Assembly: GCA_964016885.1 (NCBI GenBank)
Contig: OZ024742.1
Location: 308,946,001-309,010,000, forward strand
Length of the DNA: 64,000 nt
Origin: Eledone cirrhosa
Taxonomy: Eukaryota
Direction of reading: 5' to 3'
Part shown: one piece after another, positions 40,803 to 53,621 of the stretch
How the letters are laid out: each line of letters starts with the position of its first letter
How positions within the stretch are numbered: position 1 is the first letter of the stretch
Position numbers and translations under genes: made by a program
Notes under the pieces: model-generated
Database searches by the model: none
Told to the model about the DNA's origin: nothing
Seen by the model: only the letters and a program-made list of their open reading frames with translations

Positions 40803-42657
40803 TTGTTGTTAACTCCCTTGTTGCTATCAACACCGTGAAAAAAGAATCTCCGAAAAACGAGAATTTAAATGCAAACCCGTTAGCATCTGTTCAAAAATTA
40901 GACAAAAACTTTTCGTCATAAAATAAAGACATGGATTACTTCTGCGGAATTCATATTATTAGAATATCGGTTCTGCGGTTTAAAATGTTGTTTTGTATGT
41001 GTTTACCAAACAAATTAAAGAGAACAGTTTTATCAGAAAGATATAGCAAATGATATAGTGTTATAATCAGTTCACAAAGACAGTCAAGTAATACTGAGAA
41101 GGTTTTACCAAGCTTATGGCACTATCTAATGGTGAGTTTCAGCGTGCCATTGGAGTAATATATATTAGTAAAATTAAATTAAATGCTCTCTTTCACACTG
41201 GATCACATAATCTTACATTGAGGATCATATCGTAAACAAATATCCAAATATCTTCAGATAGAAAATTGGAACATAAAGTCATTGTAGAGGCGAAATTTGG
41301 GGAAATATTTAAAAGGTACTTAACTACCTTAAACCTTCAAGACAAAAGCTATTCTAACACCAAATTGTCGATCTTTCGCTATTGAGTGGAATCAATTCTC
41401 CTTGGGAGAGACTTTATTTCAAGACATTCGAAATATTTTCGAGTTTGATTATCCTAATGGAAATCTCACAATCAAATAGTCAGTGTTGGCTTTTGAAACC
41501 GTTATTGATAAAATCTGTTCCTATATTTGACTTCCTGAATTTCGGAACAAAACTTTATTTTCACTCAGTCGCAAAGATATGGCTTTCAAGACTGACAGTT
41601 TATTAAAGAAATCAACCGATTGTGAGATTTTGAATCAATGAACCGCGTCGTTTGGTATAGTAAGCATAAGCACGTGTAGTCAAGAACGGGTCAGAAAGAC
41701 GATAAGTTATAGATTACAGTCATAGTGTAAACCATTAATTTGACGCCTACTTAATGCCTTGAATTGATGAAATGACCAGTAATTTGCTAAAGTATAAAAT
41801 ATTTTTCACATTCAATTTCCGACTTCCATTCAATCAAATACCACTTCAATATTTTGGACGTTCATATAAGGTATTAGAAGTTGATAAGTAAGGTTAGATC
41901 TGTCGGTTTCCTTTTGACATTACAAATGAAGTATTACATTTTCAGCAGCTGATTGACAAAACCTTTGACAAGTACAGACAAGACAATACTTTTACTTACG
42001 TTGATAAAGTCACCATCGCTGGTAATTCTCAATAGACTGACCAAGATACTCTCTTGGAATGGCCAAATGAGGTTTATTTTTCAACATATGCAGTTATTAA
42101 TAAGAAGAGTTGAAATTAATGCATGCAAAATTTCACAACGTTAGCATCACTCCTTCATAGTCAGCCCATGAACATTTAAACCGACCCTCGTATATAATTT
42201 TCGGAGTATACGTATATTTACCACTTTGGGGAATGGTTGGAAAATAAATAAAAATTCATGAGTATATCAATAAAATAAACAAATAAATATATGAAATACG
42301 AATAACTGAATCTATTACGCTTGCATTTGAGTAGAATGTTTCATATTTCTCACATTCAAACATTATAAAACATGGTATTAAAGGATGTAGCGATTTGAGA
42401 AGGAAAGAAAAAGGAATATTTTCATATATTCATAAAATAAATTGACGAAGGAAAACTGAAAAGAAAACGTAACTTCGTATTAACACTATAAGCATTTACT
42501 GATGTCCCTGCCAACGGTAATTACTTGTGTGTATGCATATATATTTATGTATATATGTGTGCTTTCGCTTTAGCGTTCGTTCATCTCTTCTCTATCTCTG
42601 TCTCTATCTACCTGCCTATTCGGTCAGTATGTATATTCTTCCATTAACCCACATATT

Positions 42658-43015
<358 letters not shown>

Positions 43016-43276
43016 CTCTTTATGTTGTCAAAATCTTTATATTTAACCATGTTCATTTAATATCAAAATTACCTATTCCTTGTAATGAAATTTCTTATCA
43101 ACTTAATCTAACTCATGTTGAATCGCTCTTAGCTATTCCTTCTCCATCAGTGACTACCCAGTTTTTCAAAAAGTATTTTCTATCTAATAATTTCCAGTTC
43201 ATTTACCTATAAATCGGGTAAAATGAAAAGTATTTGAATCAATATAATATGAGATTACATTATCTAATATTCACCA

Positions 43277-43464
43277 AAGGGCGGTGAATTGGCAGTATCG
43301 GTAGAGGGTTGGACGCCATGCTTTCTAGCATAGTTACGTCCCTTTGCAGTCTGAGTTCAAATCCCGCCGAGGTTTAACTTTACCTTTCATCCTTATGGGG
43401 TCGATAAAATAAAGTACCAGTAATGTACTGGGTAATTGCTGGCCTTGTGCCTAAAGTAGAAACA
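43277..43464 (+). mobile_element. Young SINE (short variant) with 18-bp TSD
   Basis: attatctaatattcacca at 43259-43276 and 43465-43482. Confidence 0.95.
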
Positions 43465-43749
43465 ATTATCTAATATTCACCAGTTCAACTAGTATCAACG
43501 AAGATAAAACATTCCAAGTAGAAACAGGAACATATGAATATATTATAGATACAACTGTAAGTCAAGATTATTAGCCAATAGATTTCTTCTCTGATATTCT
43601 ATCAAATTCATAAATTTGTAATTCTGCGATGAAGACGGAAGTTCTATCAATAGTGGGTTGCAGCCAAAAGAAGCAATTTCTATTCCTCGGAAAGACTTTT
43701 TCTTTTCAAATCCTGATGCACCGTCTTAGCATTATTACTAATCATACAA

Positions 43750-43964
43750 GGGCGGTGTATTGGCAGTATCGGTAGAGGGTCGGACACCATGCTTTGCAGC
43801 ATAGAGTTACGGCTCTTTATGATCTGAGTTCAAATCCCGCCGAGGTTAACTTTGCCTTTCATCCTTACGGGGTCGATAAAATAAAGTACCAGTCACGCAC
43901 TGGGGTCGATATAATCGACTTTCCCCTCCACCAAAATTGCTGGCCTTGTGCCTATATAAGAAGC
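43750..43964 (+). mobile_element. Young SINE (long variant) with ~20-bp TSD
   Basis: cattattactaa(t/a)catacaa at 43730-43749 and 43965-43984. Confidence 0.95.
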
Positions 43965-45239
43965 CATTATTACTAAACATACAAAAAATAAATCAAAATA
44001 AAATACAAAGATGGCACGAGAAATTGTTAGGATATTCTTTCGATATTTGCCATCGATCTGGTTCACAAAATATCGCCGTCTTTGATCGTTGCTATTAAAC
44101 CAATGTTAAAACAATACCATGATGACATCCGATGTTGAAACAATACAACTATGACATCCGATGTGGACACAGTATGTTTGAATGTTTAAGAAGTTCGATT
44201 CGCAATCATAAGGTCTCGTATTCAATACTACTGCGTGACATCTTGGGCAAGTGTTATTTAGCATAAGCTCGGGTCAACGCATGTCTTGTGAGCATGTGGC
44301 ATGCCTTTGCTAAGGGTTTTAGGTGCCCGTGCAGTTGTAAGCAGAGACAGACACTCTTTTAACAGTTCCCCTCTTGGTCCAGCAGAACATCCAGGATGTG
44401 ACAGCTGAAAAGAGAAAGGGCAACACCAGCACTAGGCTGGAACTTTCTTTATGAAACCCGAAAGTACGAAAGGTAAAGTCGACACCGGCGAGATTTGAAC
44501 TCAGAATACGGATACCCAAAACAAATATCCACCGTTCTAATACTTCTGCCAAACCGACCACCATATTGTATGAATATACATATAATTAGCTCGTTATAAT
44601 TTTATTCTTACGGTGATTAAAAGTAGTTTTACATCTGAAGTACTATATAGACAATGGTACAATACATACCTATATACTTATTGAATATAACAATTATATA
44701 TAAAATTCGCGTGTAATTATTAATATAGCTATCTTAATATTACTTTGTGCGATTTTGATTTCAATAGTGTCTGTTATAATTATATCTTTGGGTATTTATT
44801 GCGTGTCTGCTAGTAGACTATTAGTGATATTATTACGCTCTGTAATTGATACTTATACTAAACGTTTACTACTAAATTTATGATTATAGATGTAAAAATT
44901 TCGACTAAATTCTATAGATATTGTATATCTAGGGATAGTAATTTTATATATGTATAGAAATATGAACATAAATATGTTCTTGGTATAATAATTGTATCTT
45001 ATAAATATTTTGTACACTTTTTATAGGATATTATCATGGATGCATATACATTTGAATGTAGTTGGAACTTAAATATCAACATTGTTTATTAGAGCCTATA
45101 TATCTATATCTATTTCGTTGAGTATAATAGGTTTGTAGTTGTCGATTGGATTATTTGTGTATACGCGTATGTGTGTTATGTACTTGTTGTAGTGAAATAT
45201 GTGTGTGTTGGAGGGTAGGGGGCTGATTGCTACTTTTTG

Positions 45240-45987
45240 TCAGAAGAGTGTCATCCCTTTATTGAACAATGCAGGGTCATGTGCACGCAGGTGACTTTTC
45301 AGACCTGCCTTTGTTTTGAAGGTGCGTTCACAGATGTGACATTTGAACTGTCTGTCTCCTGCCAATACCAGCTGTCTTCGTGCATTCTTTTGTCTTTATG
45401 CATTCTTTTATCTTCATGCATTCCACCAGCTGACTTGCAAATTAAGCCACACTCACTGCAAATGCACCGTAGAGTGTGTGACGGTAAAACCATCTCACAG
45501 TTGACTCGATTTTCTCCCTGGCTTGTGCGATTTCAGATGGTTGACAAATCCAGCTCTTGTTAGAAGAAATCGGCCACATACATTGAACCTCAATTCTTGC
45601 TGGATTTTTTGCAGACACTGCGATTGAATCCTGATTATGAAGTGAACGCTTCAAAACAGCATCCTGGACATCAAGTAGTCCTCTAACAGATCTGATGCTG
45701 CTGTACTTGAGAAAGCGGGTAGCACCAGTATTGACAGGAGGGTTATTATGAACCAGATGCGTTGGGATGGTCATGTGATCTCAAGATGGAAGATGGAAAG
45801 CTGTTATTTTATAGTGAGCTGACCAGAGGAAAAAGGCGACTGCCTAAACCAAAGAAGTGGTTTAAGGATGTCATAAAAGACAAACTTAAAGCTCTGAAGA
45901 TTGATATGGAGAACTGGGACAGACTGGTTGAAAACCGTACCTCATGGAGAAAGACCATCAAGTATGGATATGATGTCTTTGAGAGAA

Positions 45988-45990
<3 letters not shown>
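45240..45990. pseudogene. RTE LINE 3' relic with 5' inversion; three C-terminal C2H2 fingers
   Basis: Minus strand: VCGRFLLTRAGFVNHLKSH, CSECGLICKSAGG, CHICERTFKTKAGLKSHLRAH. Plus strand about 45720-45990: QMRWDGHV..FYSELTRGKR..FKDVIKDKLK..NRTSWR. Confidence 0.8.
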
Positions 45991-46045
<55 letters not shown>

Positions 46046-46943
46046 TTCATTACAAGTACATAACGCGAATACGCGCGTTTCATTACCGTATTGAGTTGGC
46101 GTATCTCAATATATATATATGTCCGTGCGTGTATGTGTGTGTGTACGTATATAAATTTACTTTGCAACATCGTAATTGGTATATATAGATAAACTGACAT
46201 GTATATATTCTTTTGTATTCTTGGGATGTCGTTTTTATATTTTAAACCTTCGTTTAACATGAAGCCTAATTTAATTAAGATTTATATTTATTACTTCTTT
46301 GTTCGGTGCTTTCTTCACAATTTACGTTAGCTAATTTTATCCCTTCATAGCTGACTACTACAACTTCCATAGCACGGTTTACGATTATAAATGACCGGAG
46401 CTGTTTCTTATAAATAAGCTCTGAATTATAGACAACAGGTCATTATTCTATAACATACTTTTTCATTTATTTTATTTTGTTTTGTTTTTATTTTATTTTA
46501 TAAAAGTAACTTCTTAAAGATAAATAATTAGACTGCTAAACCATAAAAACTAATTGTCTCTGCCAATTTTATAAATTTATGCCTGAGTTCATTAAAATAT
46601 AAATTATTTCTACAATCGTTTTAAAAGTGTTATTTTTTATTTAATTAGATATATCTTAAGAACCACAATAACTACATAACACCATAAACTAAATATTTAT
46701 TGCATTTTATAATTAATCTAACTTTTCTCCCCCTCCTCTTCTGGCACCTAAACTAGGTTGCTGTAATTCTTTAAACTATTTTACAAATGCTGTTATCAAA
46801 ATTTTAGTATTAGTGTTTTGCAAAAAAAAAACTTTTTTACGAGGAAGAATTTAAAGAAATAATAAAGGTGATATATATACATTTACTTTATAAAAGTGGA
46901 ACTAAGGAGTTCGCTTCGAAACCACATGATTTAACCTGTATTC

Positions 46944-46974
<31 letters not shown>

Positions 46975-46980
<6 letters not shown>

Positions 46981-47625
46981 TAAACGGAATAGAAAATGCT
47001 GACAAATATCCCCCACACACTTACAGACACATTCCTACTGACCATCCCTCTACCACGAATTACTCTGCTACACACACACACTTGTCTTAATAGGCATTTG
47101 AACTGTCAACAGTCTGCGGTTCACACACACATCTCTGCTGACCATTATCACAACAACGAACCTCTTTACTACTACTACACACACACACACACATATTTGT
47201 TAGACTTATTTCTCAGTCAGCCGACACAAACCTACATTTGGCGCAAAATCAATTTTTTTACATTCACATGACATCTACCGACCAATCAAAATTGTTTTGA
47301 CCACAAGCATTTTTGCAACACGAATTGGCGCAAAACTTATTTTAATACCACTGGCGCCACTTTTTTAACATAAAAACAGGTAGAATTCCCAAAACTAATC
47401 AGATCAGAGCAAACATCACGGACGCTCTATCTCAAAATTATTTTTGAGAAGCATTAGAAATGCGCAACCGGTAAAACTTAAAACCAAAACTTAATACTAA
47501 CCAATACTATTACTAATTATCACTTATTCCTAATTAAACTATTTTTCACTGTGAACAATTTGTCAGCATTTTCTATTCCGTTTACTAATATATCATAACT
47601 TGTGTGTTACACCTCTATTCTTTTA
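46975..47625 (+). mobile_element. PLE pLTR-like insert in (TA)n with 33-bp inverted arm and tail (family F)
   Basis: Arms 46975-47007 and 47558-47591; tail to 47625; decayed hammerhead TTGAGAA-gcat/atgc-GCAA-ccgg-TA at 47441-47476. Confidence 0.6.
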
Positions 47626-47654
47626 AATATATATATATATATATATATATATAG

Positions 47655-47772
47655 TAATAATTGTTTCTACTTTAGGCACAAGGCCAGCAATTACCCAGTG
47701 CATTACTGGTACTTTATTTTATCGACCCCGTAAGGATGAAAGCCAAAGTCAACCTCGGCGGGATTTGAACTC
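47655..47772 (-). mobile_element. 5'-truncated SINE (short variant)
   Basis: Reverse-complement match from the B-box to the tail. Confidence 0.85.
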
Positions 47773-47830
47773 TATTACTATATATATATACATATAGTAA
47801 TTTGAACTCTATTACTATATATATATATAT

Positions 47831-48020
47831 AGTAATAATAATAAATTTGAAGACTAAAATCCAAAGAGGGCTCGATAAGGATAAATATATATCAAAATAT
47901 ATAAGAACCGTAGAGCACATATTTATTAAAATAACAGATTAAAGTTTAAGCAAAGAATCGCTGCTTTCACCCTTAACGGGATCATCTGAAACTTTGCTTA
48001 AACTTTAATCTGTTATTTTA

Positions 48021-48026
<6 letters not shown>
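47831..48026 (-). mobile_element. Family D fold-back element with hammerhead-like motif (47943-47993, CAGAUGA core)
   Basis: Reverse complement: agttt-CAGATGA-tccc gttaa gggt-GAAA-gca..tgc-TT-aaact; short inverted arm 47993-48026. Confidence 0.7.
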
Positions 48027-48058
<32 letters not shown>

Positions 48059-48063
<5 letters not shown>

Positions 48064-48283
48064 AGAAAAAAGAAAATCAGTGTTGCGACGAAAGGAATTT
48101 ATTGGACATATTACAATTGTTTCTCGGCCGACCAGCTCGAGGCACGATCGATGTGGTGATCAAACCTGTGATGATCACCACATCGATCGTGCTTCGAGCT
48201 GGTCACCCGAAAAACAATTGTAATATGTCCAATAAATTCTTTTCGTCGCAACACTGATTCTCTTTTTTCTGTGATATCATACT
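48059..48283. mobile_element. ~220-bp near-perfect palindrome in (TA)n (family B); inverted duplicate at 53914-54139
   Basis: atcacagaaaa..gtggtgatca aacctgtga tgatcaccac..ttttctgtgat. Confidence 0.85.
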
Positions 48284-48310
48284 TCGTACGGTCTTCAAAA
48301 TGCTTTTAAT

Positions 48311-48351
<41 letters not shown>

Positions 48352-49567
48352 AACCAGTAAGACCCCGATAGCTGAGCTCAAGCCGTTTCGACGGCTAATT
48401 CTGGACTAAATGAAAATTTATCCTGGTATTTAAATAGCCGATCTTCTCAAGGGGTAATTCCATATATGGTCAAAGTGATTGTCAAAAATCAGTAGTAATT
48501 CTGTGGTTGCAAATTAGTAGGGGAGATGGTGGCTAAACCTGCCAGTAGGAGAAAGAGGGGAGGGGGTGGAGTAGACCCAATCAAGCGTTGGTAGTGCCAG
48601 CTACAGCTGGGCATGAGGTCAAAGAAGATACAGGGGAGGGGGAGGGGGAGGAAGTCGGAACGGTAGGTAGAACAATGGGGGGTAGAAATATATAGGAAAG
48701 AAAAAATACTGAGAGTGAAGAAAAGCAAATAAGTGTAAAGAAAAAAGTAAAGTAAATTAAATTCTACGACCTAGGTCTCAGGCTATTGTTAGGCTAGAAT
48801 AAAATAAAGGAAGAAAGAAAGAAGTAAAGAAATAAATAAAGAAAGAAATAACGAAATAAGTAAAAGAACTAGGTGGGACGGGATAGGCAAGGACCCTTTT
48901 AAGAGGTATAAGTACGTAAATGATACGGTGACGGGTCAACAAAAGGGGCCAAAATACTAAAGAGACTACCACGAAATAAACAATAAAGGTTTCCATCCCG
49001 GGCCAGCAACGACCCAGTGCAGCAAAGTGAACTTGTACGAGATAATAATTCTGAGTCCCGAGAAAAATATATACTAATGCTAACTCTAAAAGATCTAAAA
49101 CAAGCTACATGAAAGTTCGTACGAAATAAAGGTAGAATACGGAGAAATAAATTCAGAATCCACCCCGCCCAGAAGAAAAGCGAAGCAAGACATACTGAAA
49201 CGAAAAAATAAGGCATAAGTGCCACTAAGAAATATAGAGGGCACAGAGAATAGTGGGTGCGGTCGGAAAAAGGGGGCAAGTATCCGGGGTCTAAGCCAAC
49301 TGCTATAAAGGGCGGGGTCCGCCAAATCTATCATAGACTAGGGGAGGGGGTGGTGGGGGTACTAAGGCTACATGGGGCCAAAGGGCAGCCTCGGGTGGGC
49401 GAGAAAAGACGCCGACAAAGGAGAAGAGCTGGGGTAGAAGGACAAAGGAGAGAGGGGGGAAGGAAATAAAGGAAGCGATAAAAGAATACAAAGAAGATCT
49501 TACGTCTTCCTTGGCAAGCAGGGGTTACCCATTGCAAAATCGGCAAGTGGGGTGTTATAGCCCTAGT

Positions 49568-50470
49568 CTACCCCCCCCCCCCCCCCGGATCATTATGGGG
49601 TTTGAGGGCGAGGTAAGTCCTACGCAATCTATGTTTACATGCAGTAACCAGTTCATCTTTCTTGTTTAGGAGTTTGTCCGTCGAAAACAGCATTTGTAAA
49701 GTTTCCTTCGAGCATAAATTGCACGGACGGCGTCCTCCCGTGTAAGAATTGGCTCTGGACAGTAATCTCCAAGTGAGATCATAGGTGATGTTGTTGTCCT
49801 TGAGGTCCCATATGTGGCCCGAAAGTGTAGTGGCGTGACGCCGGGCCGGGTTTCGGAAGGTATGTCTATGTTGGTATAGCCGGGTCTTGAAGTCACATGC
49901 GGTAAGTCCTATATAGGCTTTGTTGGAGGTATCCGTCCTCACGTTGCACTGGTAGATCACATTACGGTCTCTGCATCTATTGTCGAGTGGGCAAATAGAT
50001 CTATCCGGGCAGTTACACCTCCTGGTCGGTTCTCCACTGCTATTTAGGTTATTTCTGCCATCGGGGTTGAGTTTTTTGTTGTTAGAGGAGACGATGTTTT
50101 GTGCGAAGTTTGGTGTAGTGCTGTAAGAGAGTTTGATGGTATTTTTGTTAATTATGTTGTGGTAGCGGTGTTGTAATGGGAAGTGTTTTTCAATGAGCCT
50201 AAAGAATAGTTTCCCGATGGGAGTAGTCACCTCTGCGTTGTGGGGAGGATTGAACCATGTTACATTGCGTGAGCGGCGGTGTCTCCTGCTGGTTCCGCTA
50301 ATGGGAGCTGGACAGTAGGATATTTCCTCCCGGAAACCACTCCGCTTGAGGGCCTGGTTGTAATAAGGCGCATGTTCATCGAATATCCGCTCATTAGCTG
50401 ACAAACGGGATATGCGGAGGGAGATGTTTTTGACCAGGTTGTTTGTGATGTTCCTGGGATGGTTTGATCG
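49568..50470 (-). pseudogene. Inverted duplicate of the thumb/GIY-YIG part of the same PLE ORF
   Basis: Translation is nearly identical to the C-terminal ~300 aa of 50464-52428. Confidence 0.93.
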
Positions 50471-52428
50471 CACCCTTCGAGAATGACCTCTTCCAACTGG
50501 TCAAGAACATTAAATTTAAACCCAGACACAACCGATTCCTACAAAAACTCCGTAGCAACTTAACAGAGTATGATAACACAAATGACATCATGGTGCATTC
50601 GGATAAAACTGGGAACCTATACTTTGTCAACCCTGACAGATACCACACACTGATCAGGAGCAGCCTAAACTCCACCTATAAAAAGGCCAACCACTCTTGC
50701 ATCGAGGACATAAATCGAGATGGACAACAAATCACCTCCAGCCTCGGGGTCGCCGACCGCACGGAACCTCTAGACCCACGGACACCATACTTCACACTGA
50801 AGGACCATAAATCCGATTTTGACCGTAAACCCTCTATCAGGCTTATTAACCCAACGAAGTCCGACATAGGGAGAATCAGCAAAAAAATCCTAGACCGCGT
50901 GATACCAAAAGTCAAGCAACACACCCGACTTAGCCTATGGATCAACACCCAGGAAGTAATCTCCTGGTTCAGCAATATGGAGGATAAACGAGAAACTAAA
51001 TTCATACAGTTCGATATAGAGAGCTACTATGCTTCAATCACCTTACCGCTACTTACTGCCGCCTTGGACTTCGCCGAAACACTTGTGCCCATCACCGACC
51101 AGGAAAGAAAAATCATCCTCCACGCCAGGAAGACAGTCTTACTCTTTGACGACTCTAAATGGATAAAAAGAGCTCCCGACTCACCCTTCGACGTCAGCAT
51201 GGGCGCCACGGATTCGGCGGAGGTCACAGATCTTATAGGATTATTCCTAATAGCCAAACTCACTGATATGTTTCCTGCATTCGGTGGTGGATTGTACCGT
51301 GATGATGGGCTCCTTACCCTTAAAGGGTACAACCCCAGTAGTACAGATCGGGTCCGGAAACAATTAATCAGATTCTTCCGCGACTGGGGATTTAAAATAA
51401 CCCTACAAACGTCCCTGACCCGAATAAACTTCCTGGACGTGACCCTCGACCTCGAAAACGACCTGTACTACCCATACAGGAAACCTAATGACAATCTGCA
51501 CTACATCCACCGCCGATCAAACCATCCTAGGAACATCACAAACAACCTGGTCAAAAACATCTCCCTCCGCATATCCCGTTTGTCAGCTAATGAGCGGATA
51601 TTCGATGAACATGCGCCTTATTACAACCAGGCCCTCAAGCAGAGTGGTTTCCGGGAGGAAATATCCTACTGTCCGGCTCCCATTAGCGGAACCAGCAGGA
51701 GACACCGCCGCTCACGCAATGTAACATGGTTCAATCCTCCCCACAACGCAGAGGTGACTACTCCCATCGGGAAACTATTCTTTAGGCTCATTGAAAAACA
51801 CTTCCCATTACAACACCGCTACCACAACATAATTAACAAAAATACCATCAAACTCTCTTACAGCACTACACCAAACTTCGCACAAAACATCGTCTCCTCT
51901 AACAACAAAAAACTCAACCCCGATGGCAGAAATAACCTAAATAGCAGTGGAGAACCGACCAGGAGGTGTAACTGCCCGGATAGATCTATTTGCCCACTCG
52001 ACAATAGATGCAGAGACCGTAATGTGATCTACCAGTGCAACGTGAGGACGGATACCTCCAACAAAGCCTATATAGGACTTACCGCATGTGACTTCAAGAC
52101 CCGGCTATACCAACATAGACATACCTTCCGAAACTCGGCCCGGCGTCACGCCACTACACTTTCGGGCCACATATGGGACCTCAAGGACAACAACATCACC
52201 TATGATCTCACTTGGAGATTACTGTCCAGAGCCAATTCTTACACGGGAGGACGCCGTCCGTGCAATTTATGCTCGGAGGAAACTTTACAAATGCTGTTTT
52301 CGACGGACAAACTCCTAAACAAGAAAGATGAACTGGTTACTGCATGTAAACATAGATTGCGTAGGACTTACCTCGCCCTCAAACCCCATAATGATCCGGG
52401 GGCGGGGGGGGGTAGACTAGGGCTATAA
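50464..52428 (+). CDS. PLE reverse transcriptase + C-terminal GIY-YIG (uninterrupted but N-terminally truncated by the inversion junction)
   Basis: SDKT, TLKDHK..IRLINP, QFDIESYY, VSMGA, YRDDGL, NFLDV, WFNPP, CNC-x5-C-x5-C, VIYQ..YIGLT..FKTRLYQH, CNLC..E. Confidence 0.88.
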   Translation: MIAPFENDLFQLVKNIKFKPRHNRFLQKLRSNLTEYDNTNDIMVHSDKTGNLYFVNPDRYHTLIRSSLNSTYKKANHSCIEDINRDGQQITSSLGVADRTEPLDPRTPYFTLKDHKSDFDRKPSIRLINPTKSDIGRISKKILDRVIPKVKQHTRLSLWINTQEVISWFSNMEDKRETKFIQFDIESYYASITLPLLTAALDFAETLVPITDQERKIILHARKTVLLFDDSKWIKRAPDSPFDVSMGATDSAEVTDLIGLFLIAKLTDMFPAFGGGLYRDDGLLTLKGYNPSSTDRVRKQLIRFFRDWGFKITLQTSLTRINFLDVTLDLENDLYYPYRKPNDNLHYIHRRSNHPRNITNNLVKNISLRISRLSANERIFDEHAPYYNQALKQSGFREEISYCPAPISGTSRRHRRSRNVTWFNPPHNAEVTTPIGKLFFRLIEKHFPLQHRYHNIINKNTIKLSYSTTPNFAQNIVSSNNKKLNPDGRNNLNSSGEPTRRCNCPDRSICPLDNRCRDRNVIYQCNVRTDTSNKAYIGLTACDFKTRLYQHRHTFRNSARRHATTLSGHIWDLKDNNITYDLTWRLLSRANSYTGGRRPCNLCSEETLQMLFSTDKLLNKKDELVTACKHRLRRTYLALKPHNDPGAGGGRLGL

Positions 52429-53527
52429 CACCCCACTTGCCGATTTTGCAATGGGTAACCCCTGCTTGCCAAGGAAGACGTAAGATCTTCTTTGTATTCT
52501 TTTATCGCTTCCTTTATTTCCTTCCCCCCTCTCTCCTTTGTCCTTCTACCCCAGCTCTTCTCCTTTGTCGGCGTCTTTTCTCGCCCACCCGAGGCTGCCC
52601 TTTGGCCCCATGTAGCCTTAGTACCCCCACCACCCCCTCCCCTAGTCTATGATAGATTTGGCGGACCCCGCCCTTTATAGCAGTTGGCTTAGACCCCGGA
52701 TACTTGCCCCCTTTTTCCGACCGCTCCCACTATTCTCTGTGCCCTCTATATTTCTTAGTGGCACTTATGCCTTATTTTTTCATTTCAGTATGTCTTGCTT
52801 CGCTTTTCTTCTGGGCGGGGTGGATTCTGAATTTATTTCTCCGTATTCTACCTTTATTTCGTACGAACTTTCATGTAGCTTGTTTTAGATCTTTTAGAGT
52901 TAGCATTAGTATATATTTTTCTCGGGACTCAGAATTATTATCTCGTACAAGTTCACTTTGCTGCACTGGATCGTTGCTGGCCCGGGATGGAAACCTTTAT
53001 TGTTTATTTCGTGGTAGTCTCTTTAGTATTTTGGCCCCTTTTGTTGACCCGTCACCGTATCATTTATGTACTTATACCTCTTAAAAGGGTCCTTGCCTAT
53101 CCCGTCCCACCTAGTTCTTTTACTTATTTCGTTATTTCTTTCTTTATTTATTTCTTTACTTCTTTCTTTCTTCCTTTATTTTATTCTAGCCTAACAATAG
53201 CCTGAGACCTAGGTCGTAGAATTTAATTTACTTTACTTTTTTCTTTACACTTATTTGCTTTTCTTCACTCTCAGTATTTTTTCTTTCCTATATATTTCTA
53301 CCCCCCATTGTTCTACCTACCGTTCCGACTTCCTCCCCCTCCCCCTCCCCTGTATCTTCTTTGACCTCATGCCCAGCTGTAGCTGGCACTACCAACGCTT
53401 GATTGGGTCTACTCCACCCCCTCCCCTCTTTCTCCTACTGGCAGGTTTAGCCACCATCTCCCCTACTAATTTGCAACCACAGAATTACTACTGATTTTTG
53501 ACAATCACTTTGACCATATATGGAATT

Positions 53528-53621
53528 ACCCCTTGAGAAGATCGGCTATTTAAATACCAGGATAAATTTTCATTTAGTCCAGAATTAGCCGTCGAAACGG
53601 CTTGAGCTCAGCTGTCGGGGT
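53528..53621 (+). ncRNA. Type I hammerhead with compensatory U3-A8 core (UUGAGAA); mirror copy 48362-48455 (-)
   Basis: Stem I acccc/ggggt; TTGAGAA; stem II ga(t)cggcta/tagccgtc; GAAA 53594-53597; stem III acggct/agctgt; GUC 53614-53616. Confidence 0.82.

Noticed and set aside
47868-47910. Second, opposite-strand hammerhead in family D (tcgataa-ggat..atc-aaaa-tatata)
   Set aside because: GAAA is absent and stem I is poor in both copies (also about 11088); worth rechecking only on a consensus.
48165-48235. Hammerhead in palindrome B (GAAACAATTGTA)
   Set aside because: Only the 3' half is suggestive; the CUGANGA side coincides with the inversion junction.
50464-52428. Selenocysteine-encoding (Naiad-type) PLE
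   Set aside because: The endonuclease is C-terminal, and there are no in-frame TGA codons at Cys positions.
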